Below are positions 10,351 through 19,410 of a stretch of 64,000 bases of DNA, piece after piece. The position numbers were made by a program, and so were the translations under genes. How positions within the stretch are numbered: the first letter of the stretch is position 1; every line of letters starts with the position of its first letter. This DNA comes from an uncultured Eubacterium sp. (lineage in GTDB: Bacteria > Bacillota > Clostridia > Lachnospirales > Lachnospiraceae): assembly GCA_947178105.1 (NCBI GenBank), contig CAMWXD010000019.1, positions 216 to 64,215 on the forward strand, written 5' to 3'. A model generated the notes under the pieces. The model saw nothing but the letters and a program-made list of their open reading frames with translations. It had not been told where the DNA came from and searched no databases.

Positions 10351-10737
10351 CTATTCTTCTCCTTTTTTCTGGCCTTTTGCTAAAAGTGTGCGGAGCGTAT
10401 GGATTTCTGTATCGGATAACTTGCCGCTGTCCAGAAAAGCAGTCAGCATCGAAGTAAAATTGCCATTATAAAAACGGTCTAAAAAGGAACGGCTTTCCTG
10501 GCCGATATATTCGTTTTGTCCAAACAGCGGCGTATAGACAAATACCCGGCTTTGCTTTTCATAAGTCAGTACCCCTTTGTTGACCAGGCGCTTGATTAAC
10601 GTCTGGATCGTCTTTGGGCTCCACGCAGTCGTGCGGGTCAGGTGCTCTGTGATTTCATTTGTGCTGATCGGCGCGTATTTCCATACGATTTTCATAACCT
10701 CGTATTCAGCTTCTGAGATTTTTGGCAGCGGCTTCAT
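10351..10737 (-). CDS. blaI: BlaI/MecI/CopY family repressor
   Basis: ISEAEYEVMKIVW...WSPKTIQTLIKRLVNKG winged helix; ends 1 nt before blaR1 start. Confidence 0.92.
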   Translation of the reverse strand: MKPLPKISEAEYEVMKIVWKYAPISTNEITEHLTRTTAWSPKTIQTLIKRLVNKGVLTYEKQSRVFVYTPLFGQNEYIGQESRSFLDRFYNGNFTSMLTAFLDSGKLSDTEIHTLRTLLAKGQKKGEE

Positions 10738-10756
10738 AGCTGGCTCCTTTCTTGCC

Positions 10757-10804
10757 TTACGGATGTAATAAATCCATTATAGATGCTGGATGCGGCTGTG
10801 TCAA
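10757..10804 (-). promoter_or_regulatory. Consensus SigA promoter of blaI-blaR1 with putative operator just downstream of the -10
   Basis: Minus strand TTGACA(10804-10799)-N17-TATAAT(10781-10776); TTAC-GGAT-GTAA at 10757-10768. Confidence 0.78.
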
Positions 10805-10843
10805 GTGCTGTACAGATTTTGCTTTAAAAATGGCTGAAGCGGT

Positions 10844-11008
10844 GTTACTTTTCACACCCAGACCTTTGCACTCCGCTGCAAAGGTCGTGAGAACGTGTAA
10901 ATTCAGCCTAGAAGGCATCCAGTCCTTCGCCAAAGGCGAATTTTCAATGGACTGGATGCCGTTACTTTTCACAGCACAGCCGTTTTTGGCTGGGGTGTGA
11001 AAAGTAAC
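10844..11008. repeat. Structured REP/MITE-like palindromic element
   Basis: Terminal IR gttacttttcacacc / ggtgtgaaaagtaac, a third GTTACTTTTCACA copy at 10961, internal hairpins at 10861-10886 and 10914-10960. Confidence 0.75.
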
Positions 11009-11025
11009 GAAGCGGTTGGAAACGC

Positions 11026-11054
11026 TTGACAAAAAAAGTGCGCCGATATAAAAT
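11026..11054 (+). promoter_or_regulatory. SigA-type promoter of antiporter gene
   Basis: TTGACA-N17-TAAAAT. Confidence 0.65.
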
Positions 11055-11100
11055 GTCGTACGGAGTTTAGAAAATGTAGCTTCATGAAAGAGGTGGAAAA

Positions 11101-12273
11101 ATGGAATCCTATTTGGTATTTAAGGACTTGGCGATTATTATTATAGCGGCGAAGCTGTGCGGCATTGCGGCAAGGAAGCTAAAGGCGCCGCAGGTGGTCG
11201 GGGAAATTGTCGCAGGGCTGTTGATCGGGCCAAGTATATTAGGATGGGTCGGCCAGTCAGATTTTCTCGTACAGATGGCGGAGATTGGCGTGATCCTTTT
11301 GATGTTTTCTGCGGGGCTTGAGACAGATTTAAAGGATTTGATGAAAACGGGGCCGATTGCAGCGCTGATTGCCTGTGCGGGCGTGTTTATCCCATTAGCG
11401 TGCGGGGCGCTTATGTACATGGCGTTTTACGGCGTTGCTCCATGGGGGTCGGAAGCGTTTTATAAGGCAGTTTTTGTCGGGACGATCCTTACGGCGACTT
11501 CGGTGAGCATTACGGTAGAGTCCCTAAAGGAAATGGGAAAATTAAAAGGAAAAGTCGGCACGACGATCTTAAGCGCGGCGATCATCGATGACGTCATCGG
11601 AATTATCGTGCTTACATTCGTGATTGGATTTAAAAATCCAGAGTCAGACCCGGTTGCTGTGCTTATGAATACGGTGCTGTTCTTTTTATTTGCAGTTGTA
11701 GTCGGCTTTCTGAGTTATAAGCTCTTTCAGGTCATTGATACCAAATACCCGCATACGAGGCGTATTCCGATTGCAGGGCTGGCTTTTTGCCTGGCTATGG
11801 CATACATCGCGGAAAAATATTTCGGCATTGCGGATATTACAGGGGCATATGTCGCCGGCATTATCCTTTGCTCGATCCGGGATTCGGAGTACATAGCGGA
11901 AAAGATGGATACCAATTCGTATATGCTGTTTGGCCCGGTTTTTTTTGCCAGCATCGGTTTAAAGACCAATGTAGACAGCGTGAGTATGGGGATTTTGGTA
12001 TTTTCGGCGGCGTTCGTGTTTACAGGGCTTGTTTCCAAAATTATCGGGTGCGGCCTGATGGCTCGTTTGTGTAAGTTTAAACGGCTGGATGCCTTAAAGA
12101 TTGGCGTCGGCATGATGACGCGGGGCGAGGTGGCGCTGATTGTATCGCAAAAAGGGCTGTCTGCGGGGCTGCTGACGCCGGTATACTTTACATCGGTAAT
12201 TTTGCTTATTATCGTGTCATCGATTTTAACGCCGATTTTGCTGAAGGTGCTGTATTCGAAGGATCCAGATTGA
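11101..12273 (+). CDS. Cation:proton antiporter (CPA2 family)
   Basis: Multi-TM; PQVVGEIVAGLLIGP, ATSVSIT, AAIIDD, MMTRGEVA motifs. Confidence 0.9.
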   Translation: MESYLVFKDLAIIIIAAKLCGIAARKLKAPQVVGEIVAGLLIGPSILGWVGQSDFLVQMAEIGVILLMFSAGLETDLKDLMKTGPIAALIACAGVFIPLACGALMYMAFYGVAPWGSEAFYKAVFVGTILTATSVSITVESLKEMGKLKGKVGTTILSAAIIDDVIGIIVLTFVIGFKNPESDPVAVLMNTVLFFLFAVVVGFLSYKLFQVIDTKYPHTRRIPIAGLAFCLAMAYIAEKYFGIADITGAYVAGIILCSIRDSEYIAEKMDTNSYMLFGPVFFASIGLKTNVDSVSMGILVFSAAFVFTGLVSKIIGCGLMARLCKFKRLDALKIGVGMMTRGEVALIVSQKGLSAGLLTPVYFTSVILLIIVSSILTPILLKVLYSKDPD

Positions 12274-12322
12274 CAGCAATCGAAAGCAGCGTTACAATAA
12301 AAATGCAGATACAACATGCATC

Positions 12323-12352
12323 ATCCCCTGCAAGATCTTGCAGGGGATTTTT
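12323..12352 (+). terminator. Rho-independent terminator
   Basis: Perfect 26-bp palindrome atcccctgcaagatcttgcaggggat followed by T run. Confidence 0.75.
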
Positions 12353-12511
12353 GGCAATCAGGGACTGCCTTTTCAAACAGCAGCGAAATGATTTTTTTGT
12401 GTTTGGAAAGCTATGGATTGGGGCAATACTATAAAGTATGGACAAGCGGATGAAAGCTTGCTATCATTCGATCAGAAATATGGAATATCGAGGATAAGAG
12501 GGATATTGATT

Positions 12512-13018
12512 ATGAAAAAATCAGAACATGGAAATTCTGACAGGAGAAAGAAAATATGCCTAGTTTTGGCGGCCTGCTGGATGAGCGTGATCTTTGCTTT
12601 TTCTGCGAGGAATGCAGACCTGTCTACGCAGGACAGTATGTCGATCGGCATTTTGTTCGGCAGGCTGGTCGTGCCAAGCTTTGCAGGCATGGACTCGGAT
12701 ATGCAGGTTTCTTTTGCGGATATGGTGGACCATCCGATCCGAAAAATGGCGCACGCTACCGAATATGCGGTTTTGGGGTTTTTGCTTGTTGGAAGCTACG
12801 CAGACAGGCGGAAAAAATGGGGCAGGATGATTGGGATTCCGATTCTGGCAGGGTCGCTTTATGCAGTTTCAGACGAGCTGCACCAGCTATTTGTCCCTGG
12901 AAGAAGCTGTGAGCTGACGGATATGCTGATTGACAGCAGCGGGGTTGTCATTGGGACGTTCGCGGGGCTGTTTTTGTTTGTATATTGGGCGGGAAGAAAA
13001 CAGCGGAGACGAAAATAA
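12512..13018 (+). CDS. VanZ family membrane protein
   Basis: IRKMAHATEYAVLG and SDELHQLFVPGRSCELTDMLID motifs. Confidence 0.88.
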   Translation: MKKSEHGNSDRRKKICLVLAACWMSVIFAFSARNADLSTQDSMSIGILFGRLVVPSFAGMDSDMQVSFADMVDHPIRKMAHATEYAVLGFLLVGSYADRRKKWGRMIGIPILAGSLYAVSDELHQLFVPGRSCELTDMLIDSSGVVIGTFAGLFLFVYWAGRKQRRRK

Positions 13019-13028
13019 CCAGGAAAAC

Positions 13029-13090
13029 GGCAGCCAGAAAAGCAAGCCCGGGCATCAGGAAGCCAGGCAGCCAGAAAAGCAAGCCCAGGC
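13029..13090. repeat. Intergenic direct repeat, 37-bp period
   Basis: ggcagccagaaaagcaagccc(g/a)ggc at 13029-13053 and 13066-13090. Confidence 0.8.
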
Positions 13091-13125
13091 GGTAAGGAAT
13101 ACGGCAGACAGGAGGGGAGTCTTGT

Positions 13126-14208
13126 ATGAAACGGAATGGAGCAGTTGATTTTTGGAAGTTTGTATTTTCCTGTGTGATTTTGTGTTTTCATTCGTTGTAT
13201 TTTGCAGGGAAAGAAGCCTATCTCTTTTTGGACGGCGCGAATATGGTGGAGTTTTTCTTCCTTGTGTCAGGGTTTTTCATGGCGTCGTCTGTGATGAAGC
13301 AAACAGGAGATAAGCTAAAGGAGCCGGTATGGAAGAGTACCTGGCAGTTTTTGTTTCATAAAATAAAAAGCATGTGTCCGGAATATTACGTGGCATGGGC
13401 AGTATCCTTTGCGATTAAGCAGACGGCTGGCGGGATGCTGCCGCTTCGGAAAATAGCAAAACATGGGCTGGAATGTATCTGGGAGCTGTTGTTCCTTAGG
13501 ATGGCTGGATTTGACGATTATAACGCAAATGGGGCGACCTGGTATATCTCGGCGATGCTGTGTGCGATGCTGCTTTTGCTGCCGCTGTTTTATAAAAACA
13601 GAGCGCGTTTTTTGTATTTGACAGCGCCTCTGCTTGCGATTGGCATTACAGGCTATTTGTATACCGTATCCAAAACGCTGCGGGGAAATACGGACTGGAT
13701 GGGGCTTTGCATGAGGGGGCTGCTGCGTGCGATGAGCGTGCTCTGTATCGGATGTGTCTGCTATATTGCCTGCCAGAAGCTGAAAGAGGTGCGGTTTACA
13801 CCTTTTGCACAGGCACTGTTGTCCTTTGTGGAAACAGGCGGGTATTTGTTTGCACTGTACTGGACGTATGGGCATCGGACATCCAAAATGCAGTTTTTGA
13901 TTTTACTGCTGTTTGCAGTGTCTGTTACGATCAGCTTCAGCCACCAGGGCATAATTGCCTTTGTATATGATAACCGGGCTGTTTATTGGCTTGGGACATT
14001 CAGTTTTCCGCTTTTTTTGTCGCATCATGCGTGGAGCGGGCGAATGAACCGGATGTTCCCAAAAGAATCCTACGCGCAGTTGTTTCCAAAATATGTGGCG
14101 TTGTCTGTCGCAACAGCGTTTTTCGTGTATGTCCTGTCTGCGTTTTTGCGCGCCGTATATGGGAAATATAAAGGGGCGTTTTGGGGGCTGCTGGTGCAGA
14201 GCGAATGA
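13126..14208 (+). CDS. Acyltransferase family 3 (membrane O-acyltransferase)
   Basis: RNGAVDFWKF...H, VEFFFLVSGFF, TWYISA, LGTFSFPLFLSH; many TM segments. Confidence 0.85.
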   Translation: MKRNGAVDFWKFVFSCVILCFHSLYFAGKEAYLFLDGANMVEFFFLVSGFFMASSVMKQTGDKLKEPVWKSTWQFLFHKIKSMCPEYYVAWAVSFAIKQTAGGMLPLRKIAKHGLECIWELLFLRMAGFDDYNANGATWYISAMLCAMLLLLPLFYKNRARFLYLTAPLLAIGITGYLYTVSKTLRGNTDWMGLCMRGLLRAMSVLCIGCVCYIACQKLKEVRFTPFAQALLSFVETGGYLFALYWTYGHRTSKMQFLILLLFAVSVTISFSHQGIIAFVYDNRAVYWLGTFSFPLFLSHHAWSGRMNRMFPKESYAQLFPKYVALSVATAFFVYVLSAFLRAVYGKYKGAFWGLLVQSE

Positions 14209-14318
14209 CAGGGGACGGTAAATTTAGCCAAAAGCCCGCCCGGTTTTTCCCAGATATTTGCGGGAAAGCACTTGATTTTTCCGGCATTCTGTTGTAGAGT
14301 AGTTCTTGGTGAAATTTG

Positions 14319-15032
14319 ATGAAAGAAAGAGAAAAACGAAACGGATATGCGGCTGCCTTTCGGGAGGCATTTCCTTATACGATTCCGGTATTAACCGGGT
14401 ACCTGTTTATCGGGTTTGCTTTTGGCGTGATGTTTCAGGAAAAAGGATACAATTTTTTATGGGCGGGATTTATGAGCCTGCTTGATTATGCCGGCAGCGG
14501 GCAGTATCTGGCGGTAAATTTTTTTGTACCGGGCATCAGCCTGCTGCATATCGTGTTTTTAGAGTTTATGGTAAATATCCGGCATATTTTTTATGGTTTA
14601 TCTATGCTGGAGCGCTTTCAGAACATGGGGAAGAAGCGGTGGTATATGATTTTTTCACTGACAGATGAGACGTATTCACTGCTTTGTTTGACAAACGTAC
14701 CGGAAGGAGTCGATGAGACGAAGTTTCTGCTCTGCCTGGCGATGCTGGACCAAAGCTATTGGATCTTAGGTTCCGTGCTTGGCGCGGCGGTCGGCTCGGC
14801 AGTGCCGTTTGACGCTACCGGGATTGACTTTGCGATGACGGCTTTGTTTGTTGTGATCTTTGTGGAGCAGTGGCTGACGTCAAAGAGCCATATTCCGGCA
14901 TACATAGGGCTTTTTTGTACGCTGCTTTGCCTGTTGTTTTTCGGGAGTGAGAATTTTATTTTACCATCGATGATCTGTATTATGACGCTGCTGCTTGCAT
15001 ACCGGAAAGGGGAGGAAAGATATGCCCATTAG
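14319..15032 (+). CDS. azlC: AzlC family branched-chain amino acid exporter permease
   Basis: YAGSGQY, VNIRHIFYG, LTDETYS, GIDFAMTALF motifs. Confidence 0.9.
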   Translation: MKEREKRNGYAAAFREAFPYTIPVLTGYLFIGFAFGVMFQEKGYNFLWAGFMSLLDYAGSGQYLAVNFFVPGISLLHIVFLEFMVNIRHIFYGLSMLERFQNMGKKRWYMIFSLTDETYSLLCLTNVPEGVDETKFLLCLAMLDQSYWILGSVLGAAVGSAVPFDATGIDFAMTALFVVIFVEQWLTSKSHIPAYIGLFCTLLCLLFFGSENFILPSMICIMTLLLAYRKGEERYAH

Positions 15033-15363
15033 CGTGTGGGAATCATTGGTTGTCATACTGGTGACCGGCTTAACCATTTTTTTTACAAGGCTGATCCCGT
15101 TTTTATTTTTTCCGCCGGGCAAAGAAATTCCGCCCACAGTGCAGTATCTGGGAAGGGTGCTGCCGCCGGCTGTGATTGGGATGCTGGTTGTGTACTGCCT
15201 AAAGGCAGTCAGTATAGTGGAGTTTCCGTTTGGGATCCCGGAAATTGTTTCTGTGCTTGTTGTAGTTGCGCTGCATGTATGGAAGCGGAACAACCTGCTG
15301 AGTATTGGCGTTGGGACGGTGCTGTATATGGCATTGGTGCAGACTGTCTTTGCAGCAGCCTAA
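15022..15363 (+). CDS. azlD: AzlD family membrane protein
   Basis: TRLIPF...YLGRVLPPAVIGMLVVYC...LHVWKRNNLLSI; overlaps azlC end. Confidence 0.88.
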   Translation: MPISVWESLVVILVTGLTIFFTRLIPFLFFPPGKEIPPTVQYLGRVLPPAVIGMLVVYCLKAVSIVEFPFGIPEIVSVLVVVALHVWKRNNLLSIGVGTVLYMALVQTVFAAA

Positions 15364-15394
15364 GCTTTTGATTGAAACAAAAGGAGAGAAGAAT

Positions 15395-16666
15395 ATGAAA
15401 AAAGAACCGTTTGTAACAAAAGAACAGCTTCAAGAAATCGTAAAGCAGTTTCCGACACCGTTTCATCTGTACGATGAAAAAGGAATCCGTGAGAATGCGC
15501 AGGCTGTGAAAGAGGCTTTTTCCTGGAACAAGGGATACCGAGAATATTTTGCGGTAAAAGCGAATCCGAATCCGTTTATCATACAGATCTTAAAGGAATA
15601 CGGCTGCGGCTGCGACTGTTCTTCCTTGACAGAGCTGATGCTGTCAGATGCGCTTGGAATTCGGGGAGAGGATATCATGTTTTCTTCCAATGAAACGCCG
15701 CCGGAGGAGTTTCGGCTGGCGGACAGGCTTGGCGCGGTGATCAATCTGGATGATATTACGCATATCGATTTTCTGGAAAAGACGATCGGGAAGATCCCGG
15801 AGACGATTAGCTGCCGTTACAATCCGGGCGGTGTGTATGAGGTCAGCAACGGGATTATGGACAATCCGCAGGATTCCAAATATGGTTTTACGAAAGAACA
15901 GCTTTTCGAGGGCTATCGGATCTTAAAGCAAAAGGGTGCGAAACGGTTTGGCCTGCATTCTTTTCTTGTGAGCAATACCGTTACAAACGACTATTATCCG
16001 GTGCTTGCAAAGACACTGTTTGAGCTTGCCGTGGAGATTAAGGAAAAGCTGGGAATTACGATCAGCTTTATTAACCTGTCCGGCGGTGTCGGCGTGGCAT
16101 ACAAGCCGGAGGAAACGCCGAATGATATCCGCCTGATTGGAGAAGGCGTACACAAAGTATTTGATGAGGTATTAGTACCGGCGGGGCTTGGCGATACGGC
16201 GATCTATACGGAGATGGGACGGTTTATGACAGGGCCTTATGGGTGTCTTGTGACAACGGCGGTACACGAAAAGCATACGTATAAGGAGTACATTGGCGTA
16301 GATGCATGTGCGGCAAATCTGATGCGTCCGGCGATGTACGGCGCTTATCACCATATCTCCGTGATGGGCAAGGAACAGGCGCCTTGTGACCATAAGTATG
16401 ATATCGTAGGCTCTTTATGTGAAAATAATGACAAATTTGCAATAGACCGTATGCTGCCGAAAATCGAAATCGGCGACTTTTTGGTCATTCATGATACAGG
16501 CGCGCATGGGTTTGCGATGGGATATAATTACAATGGAAGGCTCTGGTCGGCGGAGGTTCTGCTAAAAGAGGACGGTACGCCAAAGCTGATTCGCAGAGCG
16601 CAGACGCCGAAGGACTATTTTGCGACGTTTGACTGCTTTACTATTTTAAAGGATATGAAATACTGA
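15395..16666 (+). CDS. lysA: Diaminopimelate decarboxylase
   Basis: TPFHLYD, YFAVKANP (PLP lysine), NLSGG, EMGR, GSLCENND, GAHGFAMGYNYN; RBS aaggag. Confidence 0.9.
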   Translation: MKKEPFVTKEQLQEIVKQFPTPFHLYDEKGIRENAQAVKEAFSWNKGYREYFAVKANPNPFIIQILKEYGCGCDCSSLTELMLSDALGIRGEDIMFSSNETPPEEFRLADRLGAVINLDDITHIDFLEKTIGKIPETISCRYNPGGVYEVSNGIMDNPQDSKYGFTKEQLFEGYRILKQKGAKRFGLHSFLVSNTVTNDYYPVLAKTLFELAVEIKEKLGITISFINLSGGVGVAYKPEETPNDIRLIGEGVHKVFDEVLVPAGLGDTAIYTEMGRFMTGPYGCLVTTAVHEKHTYKEYIGVDACAANLMRPAMYGAYHHISVMGKEQAPCDHKYDIVGSLCENNDKFAIDRMLPKIEIGDFLVIHDTGAHGFAMGYNYNGRLWSAEVLLKEDGTPKLIRRAQTPKDYFATFDCFTILKDMKY

Positions 16667-16762
16667 AAAAGCAAGGAACGGGTGGCAATGGGCAGATTGA
16701 CCTGCACAGCAGCTACTAAAAACAGAAGGTATATAAGGATGGAATGGGGAAGGAAATGAAAA

Positions 16763-17083
16763 GTGGTTGAGCCTTCAAAAAGGGACTGGAAATTATATAG
16801 GGAAAAAATTGGTGGATGGCAGGAACATTATATGGAGAAGCTGGTAAAGGAATATGCGGATTATTTATGCAGCGACTTGCCTGCATCCACCAAGTTTTGG
16901 AACATAGAGAAAAGGATTAAGAAAGACAGAAAAACGCCAGGTGTTTGTATTGAATTAAAAAAATCTGACATGTTTTGGGACATTGCCAGGCTGATTCATG
17001 ATAAGGTTATTTCGATGGAAGATCTGGAAGAATTTAGTGATGACTTAAAAGAAGCAGTAGCATTGATTTTGAGGAGATCATAA
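16763..17083 (+). CDS. Small hypothetical protein
   Basis: 106 aa ORF, GTG start, translationally coupled (TAATG) to next gene. Confidence 0.7.
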   Translation: MVEPSKRDWKLYREKIGGWQEHYMEKLVKEYADYLCSDLPASTKFWNIEKRIKKDRKTPGVCIELKKSDMFWDIARLIHDKVISMEDLEEFSDDLKEAVALILRRS

Positions 17084-17634
17084 TGAAAACTTTAATATTA
17101 AATGGTTCTCCGAGAATAAATGGAGATACTAGCAGTATTATTGATAAAATTACTGAAAAAATTGGAGGTGAGTACAGAATTGTAGATGCATACAGGTGCA
17201 ATATTTCACCGTGTATTGATTGTCGGTATTGTTGGAAAAACAATGGCTGTGCAATAAATGATGAAATGCAGGATATATATGTATACATACAAGAATGTGA
17301 CAACATTTTGATTGCTTCGCCGCTTTATTTTTCTGAGTTGACGGGAAAATTGCTGGATGTCGGGAGCAGGCTTCAAACATATTTTTGTGCTAAATTTTTT
17401 AGAAAAGAAGAACCTATTCTTAAATCTAAAAAAGGCGCAGTTATATTAGTTGGTGGCGGTGATGGCCATATAGATAAAGCTTATAGTACTGCCTGTACGC
17501 TTTTGCATCATATGAATTGTTATAACATTCATGAGCCGGTATATAGCCATAATACCAATGAAAGGCCAGCAATTGATGACGAAAAAATGTTTATAGGATT
17601 ACATAGTGTTTTGAATTTTTTTACAGAAAAATAA
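17083..17634 (+). CDS. Iron-sulfur flavoprotein / flavodoxin-like NADPH-dependent FMN reductase
   Basis: LILNGSPRINGDT, CIDCRYC...C, ASPLYF motifs. Confidence 0.85.
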   Translation: MKTLILNGSPRINGDTSSIIDKITEKIGGEYRIVDAYRCNISPCIDCRYCWKNNGCAINDEMQDIYVYIQECDNILIASPLYFSELTGKLLDVGSRLQTYFCAKFFRKEEPILKSKKGAVILVGGGDGHIDKAYSTACTLLHHMNCYNIHEPVYSHNTNERPAIDDEKMFIGLHSVLNFFTEK

Positions 17635-17666
17635 CTTATATTTGAGGCCGCAAAGGAGATCGAGCT

Positions 17667-18083
17667 GTGAAAAAATTAAATCAGGATGTTGAAAAGATAA
17701 TGTTGGAACGTTTTGGAAAAGACACTATTATTGCATTGGCAACAATAGAGAAGGAAGTTCCTTATGTACGATATGTAAATGCTTATTATGAAAATGGCGC
17801 ATTTTATATTATTACACATGCACTTTCCAACAAAATAAAACAGATAGAAAAAAATCCTGTCATTGCAATAGCCGGAGAATGGTTTACGGCACATGGAAAA
17901 GGAATAAATTTAGGTTATTTCGGGAAGAAAGAAAATGATGTGATTGCCGAAAAACTGAAACGTGCTTTTGCGGAATGGATTGACAATGGACATAATGATT
18001 TTGATGATGAAAATACCATTATTTTGTGTGTAGAATTGACAGATGGACAATTACTGTCACATGGTACAAGATATGATTTTTAG
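17667..18083 (+). CDS. Pyridoxamine 5'-phosphate oxidase-like FMN-binding protein
   Basis: IALAT...PYVRYV...FYIITHALSNKIKQIEKNP; RBS aaggag, GTG start. Confidence 0.82.
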   Translation: MKKLNQDVEKIMLERFGKDTIIALATIEKEVPYVRYVNAYYENGAFYIITHALSNKIKQIEKNPVIAIAGEWFTAHGKGINLGYFGKKENDVIAEKLKRAFAEWIDNGHNDFDDENTIILCVELTDGQLLSHGTRYDF

Positions 18084-18299
18084 TTTTGTTTCCCTGTACG
18101 CTGTATCCTAATAAATTTACAATTAGCATTGTAAGCTGTTTTTTATCCTTTTCTTCAGTGCCTGAAAAATCATTTCCGCGATCTGCATTCTCCACCAACT
18201 GGGAAGCAGATCATGCCCTATGGGTACATCTCACGAAAAGCATTTTTCAGACACGATTAAGGCTCTCTAAAGTATTGCAGATAATTTTTCGGCAAAATA

Positions 18300-19004
18300 T
18301 TATCCAAAAGTATCATAGTAGATGTTCTGTGTATGATTGGTTAAAACAGAAAATTTTTCATTTGTAGTCCATAAATATTCGATCTGTTCCATATTTTTAT
18401 CAGGTTCTGACAGCAATTCTGCCAGATCATCAAGTTCCTTTAATTCACTTTCGCTCAGTGTATGTATGCCATCACGAAGATATAAGGGCTGATAAGAATA
18501 AAAAATTTCATGATTCATCAATGCATGAAAATCCATGAACAAGTATTCACAGACACCTTCCAAAGGATTTGGTAAAAAAACATCTAATTTTTTATTTAGT
18601 ATATTTTTTCTCAAGCCAATCCATGCTTCGGATGCAGTTACAAATTTTCGGCGTGGTAAATCAAATTGGCTGTAGCCAAAACGCTGTTCATACTCATAAT
18701 AACCATCAACATCTACTAAAACCCACCTGTTTTCGTTAAAATCCCAGTACTCATTCACCCAATGTTCCATATAGCTGTCACCTGTATTGCCAAAGTCCAT
18801 AAATCCAGCTCTGGAACGGCAGGGGATTCCTTTTGCTTTTAGAATCGCACTGAATAATACCGAAGCTTGTCGGCAGGATACAGTAATTCTTTTTGTCACG
18901 TCCCTATTTTTGGTAAATCCTGTTTCATCTAAACGTAAAATGCCAGCAATCATTGAAACAGCCGTTATATATAGTTCATCTTCATTTTTAAAACGATGTT
19001 TCAT
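18300..19004 (-). CDS. Transglutaminase-like domain protein (possibly N-terminally shortened)
   Basis: SCRQ, GIPCRSRAGF, HWVNEYW, WVLVD Cys-His-Asp triad; RBS aggagg. Confidence 0.78.
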   Translation of the reverse strand: MKHRFKNEDELYITAVSMIAGILRLDETGFTKNRDVTKRITVSCRQASVLFSAILKAKGIPCRSRAGFMDFGNTGDSYMEHWVNEYWDFNENRWVLVDVDGYYEYEQRFGYSQFDLPRRKFVTASEAWIGLRKNILNKKLDVFLPNPLEGVCEYLFMDFHALMNHEIFYSYQPLYLRDGIHTLSESELKELDDLAELLSEPDKNMEQIEYLWTTNEKFSVLTNHTQNIYYDTFG

Positions 19005-19057
19005 TTAATTTTTATAACCTCCTGGTATTTTTAGAGGTAGACGTCTGACCTGATTAA

Positions 19058-19145
19058 ATGCTATCAAAATAAAAAAATTATGTCAAGGTTTTCCTTTCTC
19101 TTTTCAAAAATAGTTCTTGACATATAAATAGAATTATGGTAGGTT
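19058..19145. promoter_or_regulatory. Back-to-back divergent SigA-type promoters
   Basis: Minus: TTGACA(19086-19081)-N17-TAGCAT; plus: TTGACA(19117-19122)-N17-TAGGTT with upstream TG. Confidence 0.55.
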
Positions 19146-19171
19146 GATAAAAAGTTTAGGAGAATATGGAA

Positions 19172-19228
19172 ATGCAGAACTTACATTTTACAAGGAACGA
19201 TATGTACGTGTATTACAGACATAATTAG
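19172..19228 (+). CDS. Putative leader peptide MQNLHFTRNDMYVYYRHN
   Basis: AGGAG at 19158-19162, ATG at 19172 (alternative 19166), TAG 19226-19228, embedded in nested hairpins. Confidence 0.5.
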   Translation: MQNLHFTRNDMYVYYRHN

Positions 19229-19410
19229 AAGTAATTGTGTTTCGATTGGATGCACAGTTATGCAGGTAAGCCTGATATGTCTGTGCATATGAATCGGTAG
19301 GTGTAATCTGTAATTTTTATAGAATGCTTGTATAGCCATCGTATTAGAAGTGCACTGGACATATTGTATGTTTAGTGTTTTTTATTTGGAAAAGAAAACG
19401 GAGGATGCAT

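Noticed and set aside
10752-11032. Small ORFs on both strands in the blaI-antiporter gap
   Set aside because: They run through the palindromic element and promoters and lack RBS
18086-18367. 93-aa plus-strand ORF / possible remnant after the PNPOx-like gene
   Set aside because: No RBS, no recognisable motif on either strand; cannot be supported
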